64,000 nt of DNA from an uncultured Alphaproteobacteria bacterium (GCA_937126915.1 CAKZLM010000171.1:2688-66687); one strand, 5' to 3'; numbered from the stretch's first letter, positions 1-9,398 are shown. The notes: a model not told the origin generated them from the sequence alone. Numbers and translations: made by a program.

Positions 1-105
1 TCTTTAGGGCCTCTCATTGGTTCTCTGGCTATGGCAAGCCTCCTCATCTTAGTTGAACATATTGCGAGATCAATAATCTCTACATTAATTGCATATACAC
101 TATAA
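1..105 (+). CDS. 3' end of an unidentified hydrophobic (probably membrane) protein gene, truncated by the window edge
   Basis: Frame 1 is open from base 1 to TAA at 103-105 (SLGPLIGSLAMASLLILVEHIARSIISTLIAYTL*). A hairpin follows at 115-144. Too short to identify. Confidence 0.3.
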   Translation, partial: SLGPLIGSLAMASLLILVEHIARSIISTLIAYTL

Positions 106-106
106 T

Positions 107-144
107 AAAAAAACAAGGCCCTAGAAAGGGTTATTCAGGGCCTT
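107..144 (-). terminator. Rho-independent terminator of thrS, possibly bidirectional
   Basis: An 8-bp stem AAGGCCCT (115-122) / AGGGCCTT (137-144). On the minus strand it is followed by a T7 run (A-run 107-113 on plus), just downstream of the thrS stop. Confidence 0.7.
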
Positions 145-161
145 GGGTTATTTTCTTATGA

Positions 162-2117
162 TTAACTTTGCTGTGGCAAGGTTTTATCATCAATTTCTTG
201 GCGCAACATGGCAATTGCCTCGTCCAAAGGCATGATTTTTTGCCCTTGGCTACCAATACGGCGAATCGACACAGTTCCCTCTTCGGCCTCACGCGCACCG
301 ACCACAAACAAGGCTGGTACCTTCGCCAACGAATGCTCACGAACTTTATAGTTAATTTTTTCGTTCCGCAGATCCATTTCAGTGCGGATGCCTGCTGCTT
401 TTAGGGCATCACGAACTTTGGTGGCATAACCGTCACCGTTAGACGTAATGGTCGCAACCACCACTTGGGTAGGCGCCAACCATAGCGGCAATTTACCAGC
501 ATAATGCTCAAGCAAAATGCCTGTAAAACGCTCTAACGAGCCAAACAAGGCACGGTGCAACATCACGGGATAATGTTTTTGACTGTCTTCACCAATGTAG
601 GTGGCGCCAAAGCGACCCGGCAAGTTCAAATCAACCTGCAAGGTACCACACTGCCAGTCACGACCGATGGCATCGGTCAACACAAACTCAAGTTTTGGAC
701 CATAGAAGGCACCCTCACCCGGGTTATAAGAATAATCGTCATTATGGGTGGCTTCTAACGCTTTTTTCAAGGCCGCTTCAGAGGCATCCCAGACCGCATC
801 ATCACCAATGCGCTTCTCAGGACGATCAGAGAATTTGATACGCACATTTTCAAAGCCAAATTCTTTATAAATGTCCAAGATCAGCTGAGTAACCGTGATA
901 CATTCTTCCTGCAGCTGTTCTTCGGTACAATAAATATGGGCATCATCTTGGGTGAAGGCCCGCACCCGCATTAGGCCATGCAAAGCGCCCGATGGTTCAT
1001 AACGGTGGACCTTGCCAAATTCAGCAACGCGCATCGGCAAATCACGATATGACTTTAAGCCATGCTTAAAGACCTGAACCCCACCAGGGCAGTTCATCGG
1101 TTTAATGGCATATTCACGATCATCTGGCGTTTTAGAATAAAACATGTTCTCACCAAATTTTTCAACGTGACCGCTGGTCACCCACAATTGGCGATCCATC
1201 AATTCAGGGGTGGAAATTTCCACATAGCCGGCTTTATCTTGGCGATCGCGCATATAATCGATCAGGTTATTAAACAAGGTCCAGCCTTTTGGATGCCAAA
1301 AAACGGCACCGGGGGCTTCTTCTTGGAAGTGGAACAAGTCCATTTCCTTGCCCAACTTGCGGTGATCACGCTTCTCAGCCTCTTCCAAACGATGTAGATA
1401 GGCTTTCAATTCTTTTTTATCGCGCCATGCGGTGCCATAAATACGGGTAAGCATTTCATTGTTGCTGTCGCCGCGCCAATAGGCACCCGCCACCTTCATC
1501 AATTTGAAGGCCATTGGCAACTTGCCTGTGCTGGTTAGGTGTGGACCACGACACAAATCAAGCCACTCTTCACCTTGACGGTAAAGCGAAACTTCCTCGT
1601 CTTCGGGCAAGTCTGCAATAATCTCTGCTTTATAATGCTCGCCGATTGATTTGAAATAGGCCACCGCTTCATCACGATCCCACACCTCACGGCGGATTGG
1701 GTCGTCGCGCTTCACAATCTCTGCCATTTTGGCTTCTAGAGCTTCAAAGTCATCAGTGGTGAAAGGCACCTCTTTGGCAAAGTCATAATAAAAGCCATTC
1801 TCAATAGACGGGCCGATGGTGATTTGAATGTCAGGAAAAAGCTCTTTCGCTGCCATTGCCAACACGTGAGCGGCATCATGGCGGATCAAATCAAGGGCAT
1901 CATCTTCATCACGACTGGTGATAAAGGCAACCTCAGCGTCTTCGCTCACCTCGGTGTAAAGATCACGCAATTGTCCGTTTACCTTCATCACCATGGCTGC
2001 TTTCGCAAGGCCTGGTCCAATATCATTTGCAATGTCGGTGCCTGTTACCGTGCCCTCAAACGTGCGTTTACTGCCGTCAGGAAGGGTGATGGTAACTGGA
2101 TTAGTCTGCATGCTCAT
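162..2117 (-). CDS. thrS: Threonine--tRNA ligase
   Basis: A 651-aa ORF with full-length ThrRS organisation: N-terminal TGS-like region, editing domain, class II catalytic core (..FRGPHL.., ..[11 protein letters not shown]..) and a C-terminal anticodon-binding domain. Confidence 0.95.
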   Translation of the reverse strand: MSMQTNPVTITLPDGSKRTFEGTVTGTDIANDIGPGLAKAAMVMKVNGQLRDLYTEVSEDAEVAFITSRDEDDALDLIRHDAAHVLAMAAKELFPDIQITIGPSIENGFYYDFAKEVPFTTDDFEALEAKMAEIVKRDDPIRREVWDRDEAVAYFKSIGEHYKAEIIADLPEDEEVSLYRQGEEWLDLCRGPHLTSTGKLPMAFKLMKVAGAYWRGDSNNEMLTRIYGTAWRDKKELKAYLHRLEEAEKRDHRKLGKEMDLFHFQEEAPGAVFWHPKGWTLFNNLIDYMRDRQDKAGYVEISTPELMDRQLWVTSGHVEKFGENMFYSKTPDDREYAIKPMNCPGGVQVFKHGLKSYRDLPMRVAEFGKVHRYEPSGALHGLMRVRAFTQDDAHIYCTEEQLQEECITVTQLILDIYKEFGFENVRIKFSDRPEKRIGDDAVWDASEAALKKALEATHNDDYSYNPGEGAFYGPKLEFVLTDAIGRDWQCGTLQVDLNLPGRFGATYIGEDSQKHYPVMLHRALFGSLERFTGILLEHYAGKLPLWLAPTQVVVATITSNGDGYATKVRDALKAAGIRTEMDLRNEKINYKVREHSLAKVPALFVVGAREAEEGTVSIRRIGSQGQKIMPLDEAIAMLRQEIDDKTLPQQS

Positions 2118-2491
2118 AATAGTGAACCTATCTTAATTTCTGTAGGCTGGCCCCATGCGGGCCAACGGGTTTAAACTTTAACCCAAACGAAGTAACGCCA
2201 GTATGGTCCAAAGTCAAGTGGCGCAAAGGCCTTGCCCCCTTCTTTTTGATGGCTTTTTTGGATTATCCGCGGTGGTTGTTGCCAAAATGGCTCGACTGGG
2301 CAACGACAAGAGACAAAACCCGTCTTTAAGGCCCACATCACAAACACACAGATACGTGTCCACGCCTAACATTCCTTCCTATAAAAATCCCCCTCGTGAT
2401 GATGCCTGACACTTGAAGTTTTTAATGTCTGTGCCATAGTGTGCGAAGAACAGTCTTTACCCCAACATTAGGGCCCATAATTTAAGGAATT

Positions 2492-3250
2492 GTGACCATG
2501 ACCACACCTTCTTATTTACCATCCTCACATGGCCATAAATTGGCTTATCACCACAGCAAAGGCACGGCGCCTACGGTGGTGTTTTTACCGGGGTTTATGT
2601 CAGACATGGAAGGATCAAAAGCCGTTGCCTTAGAACAGCATTGCCGCAAAAAGGGCCAAGCTTTTTTGCGCTTTGATTACAGCGGTCACGGCCAGTCTGA
2701 AGGCGCTTTTGAAGAGGGCACTATTGGTGAATGGGCTAGCGATGTGGTTGATCTTTTAACCAGGGTGGTAGACGGTGACCTGCTATTCATTGGCAGCTCC
2801 ATGGGCGGCTGGATATCGCTCTTAACAGCGACCAACCCTGCCATAAAGCCGCGCGTTAAAGCCTTTATCGGCATCGCTGCAGCTCCTGATTTTACCGATA
2901 AAATCATGACGCCCCATTTCACCCGCGGGCAACTTGATGACCTTAAAGCCAAAGGCCACACCTATTTACCCAGCGATTATGAAGACCCTTACCCCATCAC
3001 CCAAAAATTATTGGAAGATGGCAAAAAACAAGCGGTTCTTGATGGGCCCATTGATCTTGATATTCCCATTCGCCTGTTACAAGGCGACAAAGACACAGCT
3101 GTTCCTGCCAAATGGCCCTTTAAAATCAAAGACCTTGTGACCTCAAACGATGTTGAGATCACCATTGTCAAAGGCGGCGACCACAGTTTATCCAGCGACA
3201 ATGATTTGGTTCGCCTCATGCGCAACCTTGACTTACTACTTGATAAATAG
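2492..3250 (+). CDS. Alpha/beta-fold hydrolase
   Basis: A 252-aa ORF with nucleophile elbow GSSMGGW, a late GDKD acid motif and GGDH near the C-terminus. AGGAA lies upstream of the ATG. Confidence 0.8.
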   Translation: MTMTTPSYLPSSHGHKLAYHHSKGTAPTVVFLPGFMSDMEGSKAVALEQHCRKKGQAFLRFDYSGHGQSEGAFEEGTIGEWASDVVDLLTRVVDGDLLFIGSSMGGWISLLTATNPAIKPRVKAFIGIAAAPDFTDKIMTPHFTRGQLDDLKAKGHTYLPSDYEDPYPITQKLLEDGKKQAVLDGPIDLDIPIRLLQGDKDTAVPAKWPFKIKDLVTSNDVEITIVKGGDHSLSSDNDLVRLMRNLDLLLDK

Positions 3251-3375
3251 TGACGGTTACTTATTTCTTCTGTTTCTCGATCAGGCTTTCGCCTTCCGAT
3301 GAAACGCGCTGAGGGTTATTATTGTTCGGTTTCCTGATCGTCCCTTTAGTCCTCCATTGAAACGCGCTGAAGGCT
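3248..3375. repeat. Intergenic repeat element, locus 1, same family as 23341-23527
   Basis: Starts TAGTGACGGTTAC, overlapping the TAG stop of the upstream gene. It continues ..CTGTTTCTCGATCAGGCTTTCGCCTTCCGATGAAACGCGCTGAGGG, roughly 90% identical by eye to 23341-23410. A degenerate second copy follows; GAAACGCGCT occurs at 3301 and 3359. Confidence 0.8.
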
Positions 3376-3377
3376 CC

Positions 3378-3404
3378 TCATGCTTTCGCATGATATTTTG
3401 TTTC
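3378..3404 (+). terminator. Possible terminator after the hydrolase gene
   Basis: A 6-bp stem TCATGC / GCATGA with loop TTTC, followed by TATTTTGTTT. Confidence 0.35.
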
Positions 3405-3437
3405 CCTTAACAAACAACCTTCCAGAAATAATGAGTG

Positions 3438-4784
3438 TCAGTCATTATTATGGTTTTTAATAATGGCTCCGTGTTTCATAACAAACTGAATATTCCTTAA
3501 ATTTTCAATGTCATCCAAGGGGTTTTGGGGGACAGCGACAATATCAGCCATTTTGCCAACGGCTATGGACCCATATCGACTATCAACCTTTAAAAGCTTT
3601 GCGGGTTCAATAGTCATGGCCCTAATGATGCCTGCCGCTGGAATGCCAGCCCCTGACCACACTTGATAATAATCAAGCGCCATTTCACCCCGGTTTTTGC
3701 CGGGTAAATTGCTAATGGTATCGGTGCCAAAGGCCATTGGCACCCTTAGCTGCCACGCCCGTTTTAAGCGCGCCATAATGTTATCCACCACACGCCGCGC
3801 CCGTTCAGGGCCATAAAACACTTCCATATGGGCATAAGGGAAATCAGTACCAACCAAATATGTGCCTTTTTCTGCCATCAGACGCAGGGTTTCATCACTG
3901 ATGCTAAAAGCATGTTCGATACTATCAGCGCCGGCGCGCACCGCATCTTGGGTGGCGGCATCGCCATCACTATGCACCGCTAACGTTAGTCCTGCTTTGT
4001 GGGTTTCATCAGCAGCCAATTTCAAATCTTCGTAGCTGTAACGATAAGCCTGATCGGTATTAACTAGCTTTATCAACTTGGCTCCGTAATAAATGTTACG
4101 ACGAATGGCTTTGACCAATTCATCAGGGGTATCAGCATCGATATATTCCTGATCCCATTGGGTGCCAACCTCTGGTGAAATATTATGACTTTGGCCGCCA
4201 TAAGGCGCGATAATTTTGCCGGCATTATAGATGGTTGGCCCCTTAAACAGGCCCTGCTCGATAGCTTTACGCAAGTCGGTATCGGCATAATTGGCGTTAT
4301 TGCCAATATCCCGCAACAGGGTAAACCCCTTATCCAGCATGTCTTGCGCATTGCGTAAGCCTTCTAGGGCACGAAAACCTGAGCTGTTCATCACTGGATG
4401 CAGGGCATAATCAGAACGCGAGCGCGGCAATAAACCCGGTTGGTTCCATGTCATATGGGTGTGCATATCCATTAATCCCGGCAAAACCCATTGGTCAGAC
4501 AAATCAACCAAATCGGCGGCAATGCGTGGTTGCCCCTTTGAGATGGCCGTGATTTTGCCGTCAACAATTGTGATAAAGCGATTGTCTTCTACCGAACCAT
4601 CTTCAGGATTAATGATATGCCCTACATGAATAATCACCGCTTTTGATTGCTGTTCTTGGGCAACAACATCATCATGACCCTTAAAGAACAATCCAATGAT
4701 CATTATCACTATCAAAGGAAAGAGCCCTTTAAGATGAAAACCATGCCGTGCCATTTTTACCTCATCGTGTTGAACCTGTGTCAT
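3438..4784 (-). CDS. Metal-dependent amidohydrolase family protein with an N-terminal signal/TM segment
   Basis: Carries the HxH metal motif (DMHTHMTW) and later His and Asp motifs (LAVHSDGD, AFGTD). I place the start at the ATG at 4784 because GAGGAGG lies 7 nt upstream. The ORF-track start at 4838 would overlap the upstream gene. Confidence 0.8.
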   Translation of the reverse strand: MTQVQHDEVKMARHGFHLKGLFPLIVIMIIGLFFKGHDDVVAQEQQSKAVIIHVGHIINPEDGSVEDNRFITIVDGKITAISKGQPRIAADLVDLSDQWVLPGLMDMHTHMTWNQPGLLPRSRSDYALHPVMNSSGFRALEGLRNAQDMLDKGFTLLRDIGNNANYADTDLRKAIEQGLFKGPTIYNAGKIIAPYGGQSHNISPEVGTQWDQEYIDADTPDELVKAIRRNIYYGAKLIKLVNTDQAYRYSYEDLKLAADETHKAGLTLAVHSDGDAATQDAVRAGADSIEHAFSISDETLRLMAEKGTYLVGTDFPYAHMEVFYGPERARRVVDNIMARLKRAWQLRVPMAFGTDTISNLPGKNRGEMALDYYQVWSGAGIPAAGIIRAMTIEPAKLLKVDSRYGSIAVGKMADIVAVPQNPLDDIENLRNIQFVMKHGAIIKNHNND

Positions 4785-4797
4785 AACCCCACCTCCT

Positions 4798-5430
4798 CTA
4801 AAATCCAAATATCTGGCCTGCATGATCAATTGCGGCACCCAAGTTGTCGCTCAATGTGCGGCCCGATTTAACCCGCGGCTTAAGACCGTGATCACCATCG
4901 TCAGCCCAAAATAGCTTAAGCGATGCGGGAAGATCCCATTGATCAACCTCTTCTTTTTTGCCGAAACTATCGCGCTCACCCTGAGAAATAACCAGCGGCA
5001 CCGTGATGCGAGATAAATGCTCAGTGCGAAGTTTTTCTGGCTTTCCGGGTGGATGGAAAGGGTAACCCAAGCACCAAACGCCTGCGATGATGCCGTCCTC
5101 AAGTAAGGCCAGATCCGCCGCCAACATTGACGCCATCCTGCCGCCCATTGATTTACCGCCAATGATAAGATTATCATGTGGCCAATCAGCTAGCACCGAT
5201 TGCCATGTGGTGAGTAAATGCGGTGCGCGTTGGGGCGGTTTTTTCTTCCCCGTTGCCACCATTTCAGCCATATAATCAAAATTAAAGCGCACCACATGAA
5301 CCCCCTTAGCAGCGATTTTTTCTGCCACCATGGTCATCCATTCATGGTCCATCGGCGCACCAGCGCCATGGGCTAAAATTAAGCGCGTATCAGCCTCTTT
5401 GGGGCCATTTTCTAGATAGTCTCTGGTCAT
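4798..5430 (-). CDS. Alpha/beta hydrolase (dienelactone-hydrolase / COG3571-like)
   Basis: Contains HGAGAPMD and nucleophile elbow GGKSMGGRMAS. I place the start at the ATG at 5430, preceded by GGGAGG. Its TAG stop lies 13 nt before the start of the amidohydrolase gene, suggesting an operon. Confidence 0.75.
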   Translation of the reverse strand: MTRDYLENGPKEADTRLILAHGAGAPMDHEWMTMVAEKIAAKGVHVVRFNFDYMAEMVATGKKKPPQRAPHLLTTWQSVLADWPHDNLIIGGKSMGGRMASMLAADLALLEDGIIAGVWCLGYPFHPPGKPEKLRTEHLSRITVPLVISQGERDSFGKKEEVDQWDLPASLKLFWADDGDHGLKPRVKSGRTLSDNLGAAIDHAGQIFGF

Positions 5431-5498
5431 ACATCCTCCCACCTCGTGATAGATTAGCAAAATTCAGGGCTATTGCTATGACTTATTCCGCTTTCCAT

Positions 5499-5531
5499 CA
5501 AAAAGGCACGATCATAAGAATGACCGTGCCT
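5499..5531 (-). terminator. Rho-independent terminator downstream of the holin gene
   Basis: On the minus strand GAGGCACGGTCAT-TCTT-ATGATCGTGCCTT is followed by TTTTGATGG. Confidence 0.6.
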
Positions 5532-5560
5532 CAATAAACAACGTCGTAACAGAGGGAGGC

Positions 5561-5974
5561 TTATTTAGCTTTACCTTGAATTTTTTCATACGATCTAAGT
5601 CCACTAAGACCTAACAAAGCCAATACCAATTCCATCATATGGTCGGTCACAATGGTGGGGGGCTTTACATCTATTTCCCAAAAAACGAAGGCCCATTCAG
5701 TGACAGGGTGACCAATAAAAGCCCACATCAATCCCACACCACACACCCAACCAATGAAAGGCCGCCACCCAGCTACAAATAAAGACCGGTGGCTGGCTTC
5801 AATTTTATTAATCTCCACCTGCGCTTTCCCCGGTTCTTGTAGCAGACGCACCATCATTTCTTTTTTGGTTAAACGCTCTTCATCACTGGTGAACAGGTTA
5901 TCAACCACATTGCCGATAGCCTCAATACCATCAATGGCGTTTCCAACTGGAAACAATTTTGCTAACAAACTCAT
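5561..5974 (-). CDS. Holin, 3-TM type (GTA_holin_3TM-like)
   Basis: A 137-aa ORF. It has a soluble N-terminal part and then INKIEASHRSLFVAGWRPFIGWVCGVGLMWAFIG, followed by 2-3 hydrophobic segments and a basic C-terminal tail. Its ATG overlaps the endolysin stop as ATGA. Confidence 0.7.
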   Translation of the reverse strand: MSLLAKLFPVGNAIDGIEAIGNVVDNLFTSDEERLTKKEMMVRLLQEPGKAQVEINKIEASHRSLFVAGWRPFIGWVCGVGLMWAFIGHPVTEWAFVFWEIDVKPPTIVTDHMMELVLALLGLSGLRSYEKIQGKAK

Positions 5975-6438
5975 CGCACTGTCTCCCGATCAAATCCCCC
6001 GCCAAATCCTTCTGGTAGACCTTTGTGGGTTAAGCCATGAAGCTTGGTTAACACCTGCTTTCGGTTGCCTGCTGGCTTTAGGGAGGCATGAATCCAACCT
6101 GATGCATGGGGGTTTTCAGGGTCGAAATATTCCAAGATCAATTGATCAAATTCGATATGGCGTTCCATCCATTGCGCCACCTCAAGTGGGCTGTAATGCG
6201 GCACGATAAAATCAACCGCCTGCCCCCTAATATGTTGGCTGGTATCTTTTGACCCCAATAAGCGGTTTAGAGCCAAACTACGGTATCCCGATGTTGGTGA
6301 AAAGGGTATGCCAAATTGCTGGCGCACAGGTTCTAACAAAAATTCTGCTACCCTGTGTAAGTGGCTGATGATGGCGTCAGATGGGACATTACGAATGTTA
6401 TGACGCTCAGCCAATTGGCTGCGGGTCAGTTCATCCAA
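5971..6438 (-). CDS. Peptidase M15 (D-Ala-D-Ala carboxypeptidase-like) cell-wall endolysin; the start is problematic
   Basis: Zn-ligand pattern SGYRS..N..GSKDTSQHIRGQAVDF ... WIHASL. The ORF track starts at TTG 6438, which has no SD. In-frame codons just upstream encode LSSHFT, preceded by AAGGAG-N5-ATG-TAA (6473-6457). See findings. Confidence 0.7.
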   Translation of the reverse strand: MDELTRSQLAERHNIRNVPSDAIISHLHRVAEFLLEPVRQQFGIPFSPTSGYRSLALNRLLGSKDTSQHIRGQAVDFIVPHYSPLEVAQWMERHIEFDQLILEYFDPENPHASGWIHASLKPAGNRKQVLTKLHGLTHKGLPEGFGGGFDRETVR

Positions 6439-6456
6439 GGTAAAATGACTGCTTAA

Positions 6457-6473
6457 TTACATGGTATCTCCTT
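6457..6473 (-). promoter_or_regulatory. Shine-Dalgarno plus ATG-TAA start-stop immediately upstream of, and in frame with, the endolysin ORF
   Basis: The minus strand reads AAGGAG (6473-6468) ATACC ATG (6462-6460) TAA (6459-6457), then TTA AGC AGT CAT TTT ACC TTG(6438). Confidence 0.6.
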
Positions 6474-6568
6474 TAACTATAAAGGTCTACACATGCGGTT
6501 TTTTAAATTCTTCTGATAACCAGAATGGTTATATATTTAAGAGAAAAAGTCAAGCTTTAAATCAGATC

Positions 6569-7654
6569 TTAAGACTTTTCTTCGCTGACTTGGGCCTCAG
6601 CTAAAAGGCGTTTTCGCTTGATCCACGCCCTGATCACCGCATCGGCAACGGTCGCCAATGGAATTGCAAAAAACACACCCCACAGGCCCCAAATGCCGCC
6701 AAAGAAAAGAATCGCTAAAATTATCGCATTGGGATGCAGTTTCACCACTTCTGAGAATAATAAAGGCGCTAGCAAGTTACCGTCTAAGGCTTGCAGAACT
6801 AGATAAACCCCAACAGCCACCGCTAAATCAGGACCAAAACCCCACTGAGCCAAGGCCACAATCGCCACCGGGAAGGTAACCGTTGCTGCGCCAATATAAG
6901 GGATAATAACACTAAGGCCCGTTAGCATGGCTAGAAAGGCTGCGAACCTAAGATCAATAATGCTGTAGGCTGCGAACGACACAAAGCCGACGATTAAAAT
7001 CTCATAAACCTTACCACGAGCATAATCGCCTGATTTTGCCAAAACGTCAGTCCACACTTCATTGGCTAATTCAACGTCGTTGGGCATAAAATCAGCGAAC
7101 CACGCCAAAATTTTGTCGCGGTCTTTGATGAAGAAAAACACCATCACCGGCACTAAAATTAAATAAACAATGATGGTGATAAGGCTGCCAATTTCACCCA
7201 CCGATGATTTGACCACCGATTGCCCCATAGCAATCATCTCATCACCCACTTGATCAAACAAACCGTTCAATTGTTGCGGGCTAATTATTTCAGGGTAATT
7301 CTGTTGTAAGGCCACCAATGTGGTTTGTAACTTTGTCACCATGCTTGGCATCTGACTGAAAAACTCGCCAAACTGACTGATAATGGGCGGCAAAATGCCC
7401 ACGATCGCCACAAAGGATATCAATAAAAACATAATAAAAGTGAGGGTGGTGGCAAGAATATTACGCATACCACGGGCGCGCAAAAACTGCGCCATGCCAT
7501 CTAATAAAAAGGCGATAACCACTGCGGCAATGGCAGGTGCCAACATGTCCCCAATGAGGGCAAGAGTAAGGAAAACCAGCACCAACAAAAGTGACAGAAC
7601 CACCATTTGCCGATCTGCTAATGTTCTTTTAAACCAATCGGTTATCACATTCAT
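6569..7654 (-). CDS. AI-2E family transporter (PerM/UPF0118 permease)
   Basis: A 361-aa polytopic membrane protein with about 8 hydrophobic segments and the family's typical C-terminal region (GGIWGLWGVFFAIPLA). Confidence 0.8.
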   Translation of the reverse strand: MNVITDWFKRTLADRQMVVLSLLLVLVFLTLALIGDMLAPAIAAVVIAFLLDGMAQFLRARGMRNILATTLTFIMFLLISFVAIVGILPPIISQFGEFFSQMPSMVTKLQTTLVALQQNYPEIISPQQLNGLFDQVGDEMIAMGQSVVKSSVGEIGSLITIIVYLILVPVMVFFFIKDRDKILAWFADFMPNDVELANEVWTDVLAKSGDYARGKVYEILIVGFVSFAAYSIIDLRFAAFLAMLTGLSVIIPYIGAATVTFPVAIVALAQWGFGPDLAVAVGVYLVLQALDGNLLAPLLFSEVVKLHPNAIILAILFFGGIWGLWGVFFAIPLATVADAVIRAWIKRKRLLAEAQVSEEKS

Positions 7655-7804
7655 ATTATTCCAAACTCGCCTTAAGGGTTATCTCAAGATAGTGCACGTC
7701 TTTTTATATATTACACAGTTTTAAAAGGTAAAGTGGCGAAATTATGAACACCGACACCCCGCCCCATCACACCTTTAGATCAAATTAACTCAATGATTGA
7801 TATC

Positions 7805-8575
7805 TTATCCATGCATAATTTGCACGCCACCATCGACCACAAAATTGGTACCGGTGACCATTTTTGCCTGCTCTGATGCTAAATATAACACAGCACTGGC
7901 AATATCGCGAGGGTGAGCAGGGCCATTTTCCGGCAGACCACCAGCATATTTCTCAGGCTGGCCTTCAATATCTTTCATCGCTTTTTGAAACATTGGCGTG
8001 TCGGTAGGGCCCGGTGATATGGCATTGATACGAATGCCTTTATCACGGTAATCCATTGCCGCAGAAAGCGTTAAGCCAAGCACTGCATGCTTGCTCATGC
8101 CATAGGCTGACATCCAGCCGGCCCCTTCGTTTGCCAAAATACTGGCGGTGTTAATAATCACGCCGTGGCCTTGCTGCACCATCTGTGGAAGTTCAGCCTG
8201 CATGGCGTGAACCACGCCCATGGCATTGGTTTGCATCACATCGTTAAATGTTTCGATGTCAATATCGGCCAACTTGTCAGCGGGATGGTTAATACCTGCA
8301 TTATTGAAGGCAATATCTAATTGGCCCGCTTGGCTCATCATCTGGCCAACAAACTTTTTCATTGCATCTGGGTCGCGAACGTCAGCGTTAATATAATGAG
8401 CGTTTCCTGGCATTTCTTGGCATTCAGCAACAACCGACTTGCCCCAGTTATCAACAAGGCCACAAAACCACACATCAGCGCCTTCACGGCAAAAGTTTCG
8501 CACCACCGAGGCACCAATACCGCTGGTGCCACCGGTAATAAGAACCGACTTTTTGTGAAAGCTTAACTCTGACAT
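7805..8575 (-). CDS. SDR family oxidoreductase
   Basis: Contains the TGGTSGIG cofactor motif, NNAG and the catalytic YGMSK. 256 aa. Confidence 0.85.
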   Translation of the reverse strand: MSELSFHKKSVLITGGTSGIGASVVRNFCREGADVWFCGLVDNWGKSVVAECQEMPGNAHYINADVRDPDAMKKFVGQMMSQAGQLDIAFNNAGINHPADKLADIDIETFNDVMQTNAMGVVHAMQAELPQMVQQGHGVIINTASILANEGAGWMSAYGMSKHAVLGLTLSAAMDYRDKGIRINAISPGPTDTPMFQKAMKDIEGQPEKYAGGLPENGPAHPRDIASAVLYLASEQAKMVTGTNFVVDGGVQIMHG

Positions 8576-8579
8576 GGTG

Positions 8580-9134
8580 CTAGTTAGAAACCGCTAGCAA
8601 CTCAACCGTGAAAACCAAAGTCGCATTGGGTGGAATGCGCGGTGGAGAGCCACGCTCACCATAGGCAATGTTGGCTGGAAGGGCGATTTCCCATTTTGAT
8701 CCCTCGGTCATCAAAACCAAGGCTTCTGTCCAGCCTCTAATCACGGCATCAACGCCAAAAGACATCGGGCGCTGGCGGGCAAAAGACGAATCGAACACCA
8801 TGCCATCAATGGTTTTGCCTTCATAATGAACCGTTACTTTTTGGCCATGACGGGGAAATGCGCCATTACCGCGCTCCAAAATTTTGATCAACAACCCACT
8901 AGGGCGCTTAATAACGCCATCTTGTTTGGCATAAGCGTCTAAAAAGGCGGTTTGCGATTCCTCACTCATGTCCCAGCGGCGCTCCTCAAAAGGGACCGAC
9001 GCTTCGATGGCGCTACTGCCCTCCACTTGGGCGTCTTCCTCTTGGGCATTAGTAGCCATAGGAGACATGAAAGAAATCATCACAACCAGCATTAGCTTGT
9101 TAAAATGCTTTAAAAATAAAAAAGTACGTGTCAT
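8580..9134 (-). CDS. FKBP-type peptidyl-prolyl cis-trans isomerase, secreted
   Basis: Has an N-terminal signal-like segment and an FKBP core (VTVHYEGKTIDGMVFDSS...VIRGWTEAL...IPPNATLVFTVELL). Confidence 0.85.
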   Translation of the reverse strand: MTRTFLFLKHFNKLMLVVMISFMSPMATNAQEEDAQVEGSSAIEASVPFEERRWDMSEESQTAFLDAYAKQDGVIKRPSGLLIKILERGNGAFPRHGQKVTVHYEGKTIDGMVFDSSFARQRPMSFGVDAVIRGWTEALVLMTEGSKWEIALPANIAYGERGSPPRIPPNATLVFTVELLAVSN

Positions 9135-9398
9135 TTAAGTCCTCGTCATCATGATAGGCGGTTAAGATATGCCCCTTTGCCAGCATACCGAAAAATGCGG
9201 TGTTTGTGTGGCAAAACAACCTCAAAAGCCATTTGCGGCGCACTATATAGCCAGTTAGCAAAAAACGAAACCGTAAAATGACCCCCTTACCACAATACCC
9301 CACAACACAGGCATTTTGCCGCAAGGAACACTTCGCTATTGTCGATTGTCAAAAGCCGCATTATATATAGAAGACCTTGATATTTAAGGGGATAAACA

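Noticed and set aside
2118-2491. thrS translational operator (tRNA-Thr anticodon-arm mimic) in the 374-bp thrS/hydrolase divergent spacer
   Set aside because: Short hairpins exist (TGGCCC-CATGC-GGGCCA; GGGTT..AACCC). Their loops, read on the thrS strand, do not present a Thr anticodon-like xGU in a 7-nt loop. The 68-aa ORF at 2203-2409 has no coding signature.
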